A DNA stretch of 64,000 bases from a virus (taxonomy: Duplodnaviria > Caudoviricetes). The stretch is taken from IMG/VR virus record IMGVR_UViG_2795385840_000015, positions 1-64,000 of that record. One strand, 5' to 3'. Within the stretch, counting starts at the first letter, position 1; every line of letters begins with the position of its first letter. Shown in pieces: positions 1 to 7,619 of this stretch. The notes beneath the pieces were generated by a model. The model was not told the DNA's origin and did not search any database. It worked only from the letters and a program-made list of their open reading frames with translations. The position numbers and the translations under genes were made by a program.

Positions 1-771
1 CTACACGGGCTCGGGTCGTCGTGGCGGCTGGTCGTCGGTAACGGCGGCCTCGGCGTTCTCTTTATCTTTTCCCAGCCATGACGCTGCGCCGGTAACTGCG
101 AATCCGGCCCCGCATGCGCAGGCGAGCAGCCAGACTGCTCCGCTGCCGATTGCTGGGGGAATGCCGGGGGTGAATGAGATGAGTACGCGGATAAGGCTGG
201 CCGCGATGCCGCAGAGGCACGAGACCAAGTAGGCATCGGCCACCAAGGTTGAACGCGGGTCCTCGCGGAGTATTGCGAGCATCTTGCATCCGTAGCCGAG
301 CAGGTGGACAAGGGTTACGCAGAGTATGAGCCAGTACGCGCCCAACCAGAAGTCGGTCGGCAGCTGGAGGAAGTCATCAGCGTAGTGGTCGGTGCTTTCA
401 CTTAGCGCGAAGGTGACCAGCATGAGCGGCATTGCCAATGTTGCTGGGATTTCGACGTATAGCTTGAATGATCGTTCGAGATATGGGCCTTCGTCTACGC
501 GGCCTAACGCGTTGTATGCGACTGCGCTTGCGGCCACTATGTAGGCGTCGTGCGCTATGTAATCCTCTAGGTTGGCCCAGCCGGTGATGTGTTGGAGCCA
601 AATGCCGATGTGCTGGGAGGCCCACGGCGACATGAGGATTACTGCGATGCCTTGAAGGAGTAGGTTTATCGTCGCGGCGCGTTCGTACGTGGTCGTCCAT
701 GTGGCGCGCCGAATCCACAGGCTTAGGCAGAGCGTAATTAGGGTAACGAGTATCAACGTCGGTACTGACAT
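1..771 (-). CDS. Multi-pass membrane protein downstream of the repressor
   Basis: About 7 hydrophobic segments; ATG at 771 preferred over ORF start 828; repressor-adjacent membrane genes are typical of cluster K-like immunity regions. Confidence 0.8.
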   Translation of the reverse strand: MSVPTLILVTLITLCLSLWIRRATWTTTYERAATINLLLQGIAVILMSPWASQHIGIWLQHITGWANLEDYIAHDAYIVAASAVAYNALGRVDEGPYLERSFKLYVEIPATLAMPLMLVTFALSESTDHYADDFLQLPTDFWLGAYWLILCVTLVHLLGYGCKMLAILREDPRSTLVADAYLVSCLCGIAASLIRVLISFTPGIPPAIGSGAVWLLACACGAGFAVTGAASWLGKDKENAEAAVTDDQPPRRPEPV

Positions 772-859
772 GTAAGAACGGCCCCCGTGGCTGGTCTTGT
801 GCGCAGCGCCCTGGTCCCTAGCTATCACCGGGGCCGCTGTGTGTGGGTTGGTTGGTTGG

Positions 860-896
860 TTTTTTGGCCCCCGGTTATAACGGGGGCTTTCTTTTT
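860..896. terminator. Putative intrinsic terminator hairpin
   Basis: GCCCCCG-GTTATAA-CGGGGGC stem flanked by T runs, at the repressor stop. Confidence 0.55.
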
Positions 897-1234
897 GCGG
901 TGTCTAGTCGTCGTTCTCGCCTACTTGCCTTGGTGACCTCCTTTCGTCTTGTGGTCACCGTAGGGTGGCCGGATCGGTGCTCCCGCAAGAACTCTATGGC
1001 CTCATCGTCAATGAGCCCGAAGTCGTAGTGCAGGGCTGCGGGGACTAGTTCGAAGTGCTTTGCGATAGCTGTGAGCTCTTCAAAGTTGGGGAAGTCGGCT
1101 CGGACGGCAAGCTTGCGGCTGTACGCGGCAGCGGGCAGTCCGAGGGCGGCGGTTATTTCGTTCTTCTGTACAACTCGCCCCAGGGCATCGCTCAGGGCAA
1201 CTTGTATGTCGTTACCTCGACTGTCTGTGCGCAT
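875..1234 (-). CDS. Immunity repressor (HTH)
   Basis: MRTDSRGNDIQ...ALGLPAAAYSRK...FPNFEEL...FGL resembles cluster K-type repressors; divergent from cro; leaderless promoter upstream. Confidence 0.8.
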   Translation of the reverse strand: MRTDSRGNDIQVALSDALGRVVQKNEITAALGLPAAAYSRKLAVRADFPNFEELTAIAKHFELVPAALHYDFGLIDDEAIEFLREHRSGHPTVTTRRKEVTKASRRERRLDTAKRKPPL

Positions 1235-1240
1235 GCGTGA

Positions 1241-1269
1241 ACCGTACAACCACTTTCGGTTGTGAGCAA
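1241..1269 (-). promoter_or_regulatory. SigA-like leaderless promoter of the repressor with an operator-like palindrome in the spacer
   Basis: Minus strand TTGCTC-N17-TACGGT ending 6 nt before ATG 1234; spacer contains ACAACCACTTTCGGTTGT (1246-1263). Confidence 0.6.
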
Positions 1270-1312
1270 CTATCTTGCACCTGCGGTTATGAACTTTCCA
1301 CCACGGCATGCC

Positions 1313-1364
1313 ACAACCACTTTTAGTTACATGCTTGCAATTTTGGAAAGTGCCTTGCTAGTGT
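1313..1364 (+). promoter_or_regulatory. Second operator-like site and cro promoter
   Basis: ACAACCACTTTTAGTTAC (1313-1330) resembles the 1246-1263 site; TTGCAA(1335)-N18-TAGTGT(1359) ends 7 nt before GTG 1372. Confidence 0.6.
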
Positions 1365-1371
1365 CGATAGC

Positions 1372-1644
1372 GTGCAACAGACCACACCAGACATCCACTG
1401 GGACTGCGAATACGTTCGAAACCTGATGGCCGTCAACAAGATTGAGACCCGCGAGGATCTTGCCCGTGAGATTTATGAAGCGCCGACGACAGTTCGCCGG
1501 TCGTTCTCAAAGAACTGGCAGGGCCGTCCAACGGTCAAGCTGATCGCGGCAATGTCCTACCGATTCAATGTCCCAATCAACAACCTGATCACCGACCCTC
1601 GACGGATGCCGCGACGCATCGCGGCTGTGAGGCGGGCCGGATGA
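1372..1644 (+). CDS. cro: Cro-like HTH regulator
   Basis: Divergent from the repressor; TREDLAREI...TTVRRSF HTH pattern. Confidence 0.7.
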   Translation: MQQTTPDIHWDCEYVRNLMAVNKIETREDLAREIYEAPTTVRRSFSKNWQGRPTVKLIAAMSYRFNVPINNLITDPRRMPRRIAAVRRAG

Positions 1645-1856
1645 CTGCGGTAGTCGAAAGGGTCACTGCCGAGCCGGTGCTAGTGCCCAGGAGGCAGGCG
1701 GCGGAAATGCTCGGACTCGGACTCACCGAGTTTGACGAGCTGCGGCGAGCAGGACGCATCTTTGTACGCAAGTACGGACGCAAGGTGCTGGTTCCGATGG
1801 AAGAGATTAGGAAGTGCGCGGAAACTATTCCGTGGGATGAAGATAAGGATTCGTGA
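1641..1856 (+). CDS. Excisionase-like/MerR-type HTH protein
   Basis: RRQAAEMLGLG...G.I..RKYGRKVLV pattern; ATGA overlap. Confidence 0.7.
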   Translation: MTAVVERVTAEPVLVPRRQAAEMLGLGLTEFDELRRAGRIFVRKYGRKVLVPMEEIRKCAETIPWDEDKDS

Positions 1857-1857
1857 C

Positions 1858-2169
1858 ATGGGCTTTGCGAACATTGAAACCGAGTTGCGTTTAGCCGAGG
1901 CTCTTACCGCTATCAATGATATTCGGGAGCTTACGGGAATCGCCAACGAGCCCGTCGAACGCGGATACGTTGTTCATCGGGTCACTGCCGAACTTCAGGA
2001 ATGGCTACCGAGTGTCAAGTTTGACCAGCTTGCAGCAATCGCGGATGCCATTGTTGACAACCTAGCCGAGGTGAACCTTATCCCGGTTGGGCCGAATCTG
2101 GACGAACCCATCGGGTTCGAGATTGTTGAAAAACGAGAGTTTTCGATTGTTCCCCTTAATGGGGGATAA
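1858..2169 (+). CDS. Hypothetical protein
   Basis: ATG immediately after the previous stop; 103 aa. Confidence 0.65.
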   Translation: MGFANIETELRLAEALTAINDIRELTGIANEPVERGYVVHRVTAELQEWLPSVKFDQLAAIADAIVDNLAEVNLIPVGPNLDEPIGFEIVEKREFSIVPLNGG

Positions 2170-2187
2170 TTGAAATATGAGGATGGG

Positions 2188-2290
2188 GGTCAGGAGTAGG
2201 TTTGCGCGAGCGCGAAGGATCGCAAAAATCAAAGTCTATCGCCTTGTGGCGCGTGTGAATCTACTTCTGACCGAGTGGACGTATCCGCTC
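2188..2290 (+). ncRNA. Putative structured ncRNA (long stem plus hairpin)
   Basis: GGTCAGGAGTAGGTTT (2188-2203) pairs with GAATCTACTTCTGACC (2257-2272) using G-U pairs; GAGTGGA/TCCGCTC hairpin follows. Confidence 0.45.
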
Positions 2291-2546
2291 TAACTTAATC
2301 CAACCAACCACATAAAAACTTTTACAGCTGGCCGTACGAAGTAACCCCGTTGTCGGGGCGCCTGTGACGTTTATACCGGGTGGGTGTGCGTTTCGCCGCC
2401 AAGTTTAGGTCGCAATGAATATTGTGTGCTTTCACTGTTGGGCACAAACCGATGGTATGGGCGGCGTCTACACGTCTGACGCAATGCCTTGACTCGTATC
2501 CCGTGGCTGAGATACGGAGGTAGAACGGTTAGCCCTAACAGTGAGG

Positions 2547-2649
2547 ATGCGCGGGGCAGGTAATGGCTGCCGCACCCTTGCTACTTATCTATTACAAGGT
2601 AGGGACGCTGACTGGGGGGTGTTTCCGAGTTCGATTCTCGGCGCGCAGC
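2547..2649 (+). ncRNA. tRNA-like RNA with aberrant anticodon arm
   Basis: TGCGCG/CGCGCA acceptor stem, GGCAG/CTGCC D-like arm, CCTTG-N14-CAAGG arm, perfect T arm CCGAG-TTCGATT-CTCGG. Confidence 0.65.
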
Positions 2650-2650
2650 T

Positions 2651-2769
2651 AGTCGGCCGGGTTGAGCGAGCCTAATTGGAAACGGCGTTATTTGTGGTCA
2701 TACGCCTGTTTGTGTTGGGGCTTAATACGGGTTTGCCTCACTCACCGGGTTTCCGCTCCCCGGCCGACT
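2651..2769 (+). ncRNA. Putative multibranch ncRNA
   Basis: Perfect 11-bp terminal stem AGTCGGCCGGG/CCCGGCCGACT; inner TGAGCGAG/CTCACTCA and GGCGT/ACGCC stems. Confidence 0.5.
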
Positions 2770-2803
2770 CATTTCTCTAAATCCCTTCATCGAGAGGTGG
2801 GCA

Positions 2804-3112
2804 ATGGCTATCAATCTTGGGAAACCCACAGGTCCAAAGTTACGTGAACTGCCGCGAGCAGATAGAAACCGCATCCGCATTCTTCTGAATGCTTGGCTGG
2901 ATTGCGCTATTCGTTATCCACCTCACAAGCGTGAGCCGCTGCCGGTTGATTACACCCGTGCGCTGGCGTCTTTGGCGAAACAGCGGGGCATTCAAGTGGT
3001 CTTTGATGGCCGCGATGGTTCTAAGCCTCTACAGGTGACCTTGGATCGCACAATTCCGGGGTGCGTGGGCGGCACTCACCGAAAGGTCGCAGTTCGGAAG
3101 CCGTGGAAATGA
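2804..3112 (+). CDS. Hypothetical protein
   Basis: GAGGTGG RBS; 102 aa. Confidence 0.7.
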   Translation: MAINLGKPTGPKLRELPRADRNRIRILLNAWLDCAIRYPPHKREPLPVDYTRALASLAKQRGIQVVFDGRDGSKPLQVTLDRTIPGCVGGTHRKVAVRKPWK

Positions 3113-3142
3113 GTTTATCCATTTAGGAAAGGTAGTAAAGGA

Positions 3143-3298
3143 ATGTTTGAGTGCCCGCTGGGGTGTGGTCATGCGTACCGCGAAGAGTATCAGCTTCATT
3201 TACATGAATGGGCTTCTGAGGCGGGGCGTCTGCCGGATTGCGGCAAGGGGATGAGTGGCCCGCCAATACATTCTCAGTTCGAGGTCATCGAGCGGTGA
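3143..3298 (+). CDS. Small hypothetical protein, possibly Zn-binding (not in ORF track)
   Basis: MFECPLGCGHAYREEYQLHLHE...; AAGGA RBS. Confidence 0.5.
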   Translation: MFECPLGCGHAYREEYQLHLHEWASEAGRLPDCGKGMSGPPIHSQFEVIER

Positions 3299-3432
3299 AT
3301 AGGTGCCGGTTTGGTTGGCACAAATGGACGTTATGGCACAAGCCCGAGCCCCCTTCCGGGGGTGGATTAAAGCAGCAACGCGAGTGCGTCAGGTGTCGGA
3401 TTGTGAAATGGAGGTTAGTCACATGGTGGTGA
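3295..3432 (+). CDS. Small Cys/His-rich phage protein
   Basis: CRFGWHKW...CVRC; GTGA overlaps at both ends. Confidence 0.55.
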   Translation: MNRCRFGWHKWTLWHKPEPPSGGGLKQQRECVRCRIVKWRLVTWW

Positions 3433-4202
3433 CGGAGCCGAACAAGGTAATGGTTGCGGGGGACTGGCACGGTAACCCGTACTGGGCTGAGCAGGCCATT
3501 AAGTACGCCAAACGTAGTGGCGCAGACATGATAGTTCATGTTGGCGATTACGGGTTTTGGACGCCATCGGAGCGGACCTATGCCTACCTGCTCGGGTCTA
3601 ACCAACTGCTTGAAGAGCTGGACATGCGGCTGATCTGGGTGGATGGCAACCATGAGGATCATTCGCAGCTTGACGAGTGCAACATACCTGGCGGTAAGCC
3701 AACGGTATTCGGTGATCTAGACCGGATCATGCATCTGCCTCGCGGTTTCCGCTGGGAGTGGTGGGGTATGACGTGGATGGCGCTAGGTGGCGCACATTCG
3801 GTGGACCGCTCGTGGCGGCGCGAGGGTCACGACTGGTGGCCTGGTGAGGTGCTTAGCGGTGAGCAGGTCGAATACGCTTCACGGCCTGGCGGCGTGGATG
3901 TGATCGTTGCCCATGACGCGCCTCGCGGGTTCGCGATTCCAGGTATCGGTTCGGGTAACGAGTTCCCTAGCGAAGACCTGTTAGCAGCCGAGTCTCATCG
4001 GGGCCTCGTCCGCGAAGTGGTTGATGCGACTAAGCCAAGCCTGTTCTTTCACGGGCACTATCACGTCAACTACCGGGCCAGGCTTGAGCGCGAGGGCGGT
4101 ACCACCGAGATTTTCGGTTTGGACCGTGATAACTCCACGATTGCACGAAACACCATGTTCCTTACCCGCGAGGATTTGGGGCAGATGGTGAGTAGCCGGT
4201 GA
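3423..4202 (+). CDS. Calcineurin-like metallophosphoesterase
   Basis: GDWHG, GDYG, GNHE, HGHYH motifs; start 3423 or 3429. Confidence 0.9.
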   Translation: MVVTEPNKVMVAGDWHGNPYWAEQAIKYAKRSGADMIVHVGDYGFWTPSERTYAYLLGSNQLLEELDMRLIWVDGNHEDHSQLDECNIPGGKPTVFGDLDRIMHLPRGFRWEWWGMTWMALGGAHSVDRSWRREGHDWWPGEVLSGEQVEYASRPGGVDVIVAHDAPRGFAIPGIGSGNEFPSEDLLAAESHRGLVREVVDATKPSLFFHGHYHVNYRARLEREGGTTEIFGLDRDNSTIARNTMFLTREDLGQMVSSR

Positions 4203-4456
4203 GAATCCTTGTGCTCATAGTCATCTTGGCTCTGCTCGCGCTCGTCGGCTACGCGATATACGCCACTGTCCGATGGCGAGAACGGGGACGGCTTATCGCG
4301 GGGCTAAACGATCCCGTTAAGTGGCTGTCCCGCAAGGAACGCCGAGAGCATGCCCGAATGCTCCTAGCTCGCGAGCAAGACGAGTACGACCAAAAACGGC
4401 AACAACAAATCGAATCAACAATCAACCAATTTTTAGAGAGGCAATCCAAAGTATGA
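4199..4456 (+). CDS. Small membrane-anchored protein
   Basis: N-terminal TM helix followed by coiled coil. Confidence 0.7.
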   Translation: MRILVLIVILALLALVGYAIYATVRWRERGRLIAGLNDPVKWLSRKERREHARMLLAREQDEYDQKRQQQIESTINQFLERQSKV

Positions 4457-5355
4457 AACGCACTAAGGCAGCTGTAGTCGGTATCGCCGTGGCCGCTGGC
4501 CTCACGCTTTCCGCCTGCGCTACCCAGATTCCCGCCGGTCAAACGGCAGTTAAGGTCGATGACTACGCGTTTGTTCCTACCGCCCCAAAGATCATCGGTT
4601 GTATGGGGCCGGAAACCTCGGAGGCCAACCCGATTGGCGGTTTCAAGATCTACCGTTATCCGGCGCGCCAGATCAGTTGGGACGCTACGGGCGCAAAGGG
4701 CGCGGAACACCAGCCTTACGTTGTGGTGTCGGGCGCGGAGGCACCGGCTGAGCTTAAGGTGCCGGTTGTTGTGACCATGGACCTGACCTCGGATTGCGAG
4801 AAGCTGTCTCAGTTCCACCGGGACTTCGGTACTAAGTATCAGGGTTGGCTGAATGCGGATGGCACTCAGTCGGATGGTTGGGTGCAGTTGGTCAATTATG
4901 TTGTGGGCCAACCACTTGAGCAGACGCTTACGCAGGTGGCGCAGAAGTACACTTGGCGTCAGATCTGGAATGACGAGAAGGTGCGTGTGGAGTTCCAGAA
5001 CGTGCTTAAGGAACGGCTTCCGGGCGCGTCCAAGGCGCGCACTGATGGCAAGGAGTATTTCACCAATTTTCAGATAACGGTGCTTAAGCCTGAGCCGATG
5101 GACGGAAACCTCAAGGCTGCAATCAATAAGGAGCAGTCCAGCGTCGCGGAGGCGAACGCTAAGAAGGCTGCCGCCGACGCGGAGGTTAAGGCTGCGGAGT
5201 CGCAGACTGAGGTGGCTAAGCAGCAGGCGTTGCAGAAGCAGGCCGAGATTGCGGGCTTCCCAACCATTGAGGCGTACTTGCAGTCCCAGTTGATTGCGCA
5301 GGGCGGCAACCCTTACCAGCCGACTTACGTTGTCCCGCAGGGCGGTAATCGGTAA
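4453..5355 (+). CDS. SPFH/band-7-like lipoprotein
   Basis: Lipobox LSAC; band-7-like core; Ala/Glu/Lys coiled coil. Confidence 0.7.
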   Translation: MKRTKAAVVGIAVAAGLTLSACATQIPAGQTAVKVDDYAFVPTAPKIIGCMGPETSEANPIGGFKIYRYPARQISWDATGAKGAEHQPYVVVSGAEAPAELKVPVVVTMDLTSDCEKLSQFHRDFGTKYQGWLNADGTQSDGWVQLVNYVVGQPLEQTLTQVAQKYTWRQIWNDEKVRVEFQNVLKERLPGASKARTDGKEYFTNFQITVLKPEPMDGNLKAAINKEQSSVAEANAKKAAADAEVKAAESQTEVAKQQALQKQAEIAGFPTIEAYLQSQLIAQGGNPYQPTYVVPQGGNR

Positions 5356-5565
5356 GTGAGGCGTTCGAAGATGCTGGTGGCCGGTGGCGTTGTCGCTGCC
5401 GGTCTCACCGGCCTACTAGTCGGGTGTGATGTCAGCGACCAACGCACAAACACGTCCGACCCTGATCTAACAGTTGCGCATATCAACGTGGATAACGTTC
5501 CGCGTACATGCGTTGTCTACCGGGACTACCGAAAAGGTGGATTGTCCTGCAATTGGAGTGACTAA
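5356..5565 (+). CDS. Small lipoprotein
   Basis: LVGC lipobox; CVVY...GGLSCNW C-terminus. Confidence 0.65.
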   Translation: MRRSKMLVAGGVVAAGLTGLLVGCDVSDQRTNTSDPDLTVAHINVDNVPRTCVVYRDYRKGGLSCNWSD

Positions 5566-5569
5566 CCTT

Positions 5570-5914
5570 ATGAGTAAAAAGCTAACTAAGACACAAGGAT
5601 TGGTGCAGACAGTGCCCATGCCCAAAGACGTTGCATGGGCTACCAAAGTCACCGGCAGAAACCTTGGGGCAGTGACCTACATGCTGTCATTGTCGTGCGA
5701 GAAGAAGAGCAAGCTTGGGCAGCTCACGGTGACGTTCAAAGAGGACGGCTCACTACGGCGAATCCGGTTCCGGGGCACGGGCGTTGTCGTCTATCCCGGC
5801 ACCTATCTGGTGTACGTGCCATCAACCGGAAACGTCCACGTCGTACCGGCTAAGGACTACAAAGAGAACTTCGGGGAGGTAATAGATCGTGACCACGTTT
5901 TTGCAGGAGATTAG
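5570..5914 (+). CDS. Hypothetical protein
   Basis: ATG 5570 with GGAG RBS. Confidence 0.6.
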   Translation: MSKKLTKTQGLVQTVPMPKDVAWATKVTGRNLGAVTYMLSLSCEKKSKLGQLTVTFKEDGSLRRIRFRGTGVVVYPGTYLVYVPSTGNVHVVPAKDYKENFGEVIDRDHVFAGD

Positions 5915-7322
5915 CCGCGAGACCAACCTGACCCGCACTGAGAACGGCGCGGTCACGAATGCGTCGAGTCTCAACGCGGTGGTTGATTTCTTCGCAGCTG
6001 CCGGGGCGATGCGGGACACCCCCGACAAGGCTGCCGATCTTTTCGAGAAGGCGTATCGGGAAGACCCGCAGACTGCTATCCGCACCATGTTCTACCTGCG
6101 CGATGCGCGCGGAGGGCAGGGGGAGCGCGCTGTCTTCCGGGCCTGCCTTAAGCGCTTGGCCGACCTGGGCTTTACCCCAATGGACAAGGTGCTTAAGCAC
6201 ATTCCGGAGTATGGCCGCTGGGACGACATGTTTTATCAGGGTTCGACGGTGACAGGTGGCATGGCCAAGATCATTGGCGACCAGCTCGTGAAGGACGCCG
6301 ACGCGTACAACCGTGGCGAGTCAGTATCACTGCTGGCCAAGTGGCTGCCGTCCGATACGTCCAAGGGACGCAAGGATCTTGCGGTAAACCTACGTAAGGC
6401 TATCGGCCTGGATCAGCGCAAGTACCGCAAGGTGCTGTCTCGGCTGCGGGCTCACATCGGCCTGCTTGAGCAGGACATGTCCGCTAAGCGTTGGAGTGAG
6501 ATTGACTGGGGCAAGCTGCCTTCGCGCGCTCACATGACGCACGTTAAGGCGTTCCATCGCCACACGCCCGCCGAGTATCAGGCTTACCTCGATTCGGTTG
6601 TCAAGGGCGAGGCCAAGGTAAACGCGGCGACCCTGTATCCGTATGAGCTGTATGACATGGTGAATGCCGGTCAGTCGCAGGCTGCGGATGCGTTGTGGGC
6701 GAATCTGCCTGACTACACGCGCGGCAACGATGGGATCGTCCTAGCGGACGTGTCGGGATCGATGAGTGGTCGGCCTATGTCGGTTTCGGTATCGCTGGCT
6801 TTGTATTTCGCGGACCGCAATCAGGGCGCTTACAAAGATCACTTCATGACCTTCTCGTCCACCCCCAAGATTGAGAAGGTCGCGGGCAAGACCCTGGCGG
6901 ATCGGATGCGCGCGATTGAGAATTCGACCGGCTGGTATGGCTCAACAGACCTGCATGCGGCCTTCCGGGCCATCTTGGCAGCGGGGCAGCGCTCAGGCCA
7001 GGTGCCCAAGACTCTCTACGTGGTGTCGGATATGGAGTTCAACGCGGCGTTCGGGTTCTACCGCAACGACCGCACCGTTGACACCATCTTTGAGACGGCC
7101 AAGCGGGAGTTCGCAGCTGCGGGGCTCGTACTGCCTCACGTCGTGTTCTGGAACGTCAACGCCCGAAACAGTAACTACCCGGCACTAGCCCATGACGGCA
7201 ATGTGACGCTGGTTTCTGGACTGTCGCCCACGGTGTTCGGAATGGCGGTAGAGGGTAAGTCTCCCGCTGAATTGGTGCGAGATGTCGTGAATGGACCGCG
7301 CTATCAGCCCATCGTAATTTGA
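5889..7322 (+). CDS. Ro60/TROVE-like RNA-binding protein with vWA domain (DUF2828-type)
   Basis: TENGA, RDARGGQGER, YGRWDD, LAKWLP, LYPYE, MIDAS motif DVSGSM, SDMEF, VFWNV, SGLSP; GGGGAGG RBS. Confidence 0.85.
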   Translation: MTTFLQEISRETNLTRTENGAVTNASSLNAVVDFFAAAGAMRDTPDKAADLFEKAYREDPQTAIRTMFYLRDARGGQGERAVFRACLKRLADLGFTPMDKVLKHIPEYGRWDDMFYQGSTVTGGMAKIIGDQLVKDADAYNRGESVSLLAKWLPSDTSKGRKDLAVNLRKAIGLDQRKYRKVLSRLRAHIGLLEQDMSAKRWSEIDWGKLPSRAHMTHVKAFHRHTPAEYQAYLDSVVKGEAKVNAATLYPYELYDMVNAGQSQAADALWANLPDYTRGNDGIVLADVSGSMSGRPMSVSVSLALYFADRNQGAYKDHFMTFSSTPKIEKVAGKTLADRMRAIENSTGWYGSTDLHAAFRAILAAGQRSGQVPKTLYVVSDMEFNAAFGFYRNDRTVDTIFETAKREFAAAGLVLPHVVFWNVNARNSNYPALAHDGNVTLVSGLSPTVFGMAVEGKSPAELVRDVVNGPRYQPIVI

Positions 7323-7326
7323 TGGG

Positions 7327-7356
7327 TTGGTAGTGTTCCCCTAGTTGGGGTATGGT
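7327..7356 (+). promoter_or_regulatory. Putative SigA-like promoter of the RNA array
   Basis: TTGGTA-N18-TATGGT places +1 at about 7363-7365. Confidence 0.5.
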
Positions 7357-7364
7357 GAATTTAG

Positions 7365-7423
7365 TGGGCGCGAACAGCAATCACACTCAACTTTCATTTT
7401 CAGAAAAAATAGAGTGCGCCCAG
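7365..7423 (+). ncRNA. CAGCAAT stem-loop RNA unit 1
   Basis: TGGGCGC(7365-71)/GCGCCCA(7416-22); ACAGCAAT at 7374; inner ACTC/GAGT. Confidence 0.7.
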
Positions 7424-7436
7424 TTTCTAAACTTTG

Positions 7437-7489
7437 TGGACCCATACAGCAATATTTTACCTTGCATATAGGAAAGAAATCGGGTCCAG
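7437..7489 (+). ncRNA. CAGCAAT stem-loop RNA unit 2
   Basis: TGGACCC(7437-43)/GGGTCCA(7482-88); ACAGCAAT at 7446; inner CCT-TGCATAT-AGG. Confidence 0.7.
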
Positions 7490-7500
7490 TCTTGCGGTCG

Positions 7501-7561
7501 AGGACACAAGCAGCAATCTAAAATCAACTGTTAAATGGTAACTGTTTCAAACGGTGTCCTG
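7501..7561 (+). ncRNA. CAGCAAT stem-loop RNA unit 3
   Basis: AGGACAC(7501-07)/GTGTCCT(7554-60); GCAGCAAT at 7510; inner CTGTTAA loop and T-arm-like hairpin. Confidence 0.7.
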
Positions 7562-7619
7562 TCAAACCGCGAAAACTCACTGTTTTCACGCTCGTGAGTC
7601 CTAACAATATTTTCGGGTT

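Noticed and set aside
2202-2650. tmRNA or intron-containing tRNA (TTGCGCG at 2202 pairing with CGCGCAG at 2642)
   Set aside because: 2202-2208 is already part of the local 2188-2272 helix, a closer partner exists at 2548, and there is no G3-U70 pair, CCA end or evident tag ORF.
7365-7561. CRISPR mini-array
   Set aside because: Units are not identical direct repeats, conservation is structural (covarying stems), and there are no cas genes; the 8244 nuclease is a recombination-type exonuclease near the ERF gene.
7575-7599. Fourth array unit (ACTCAC/GTGAGT hairpin)
   Set aside because: Lacks CAGCAAT and the 7-bp GG-type stem; may simply be part of the transcript tail.
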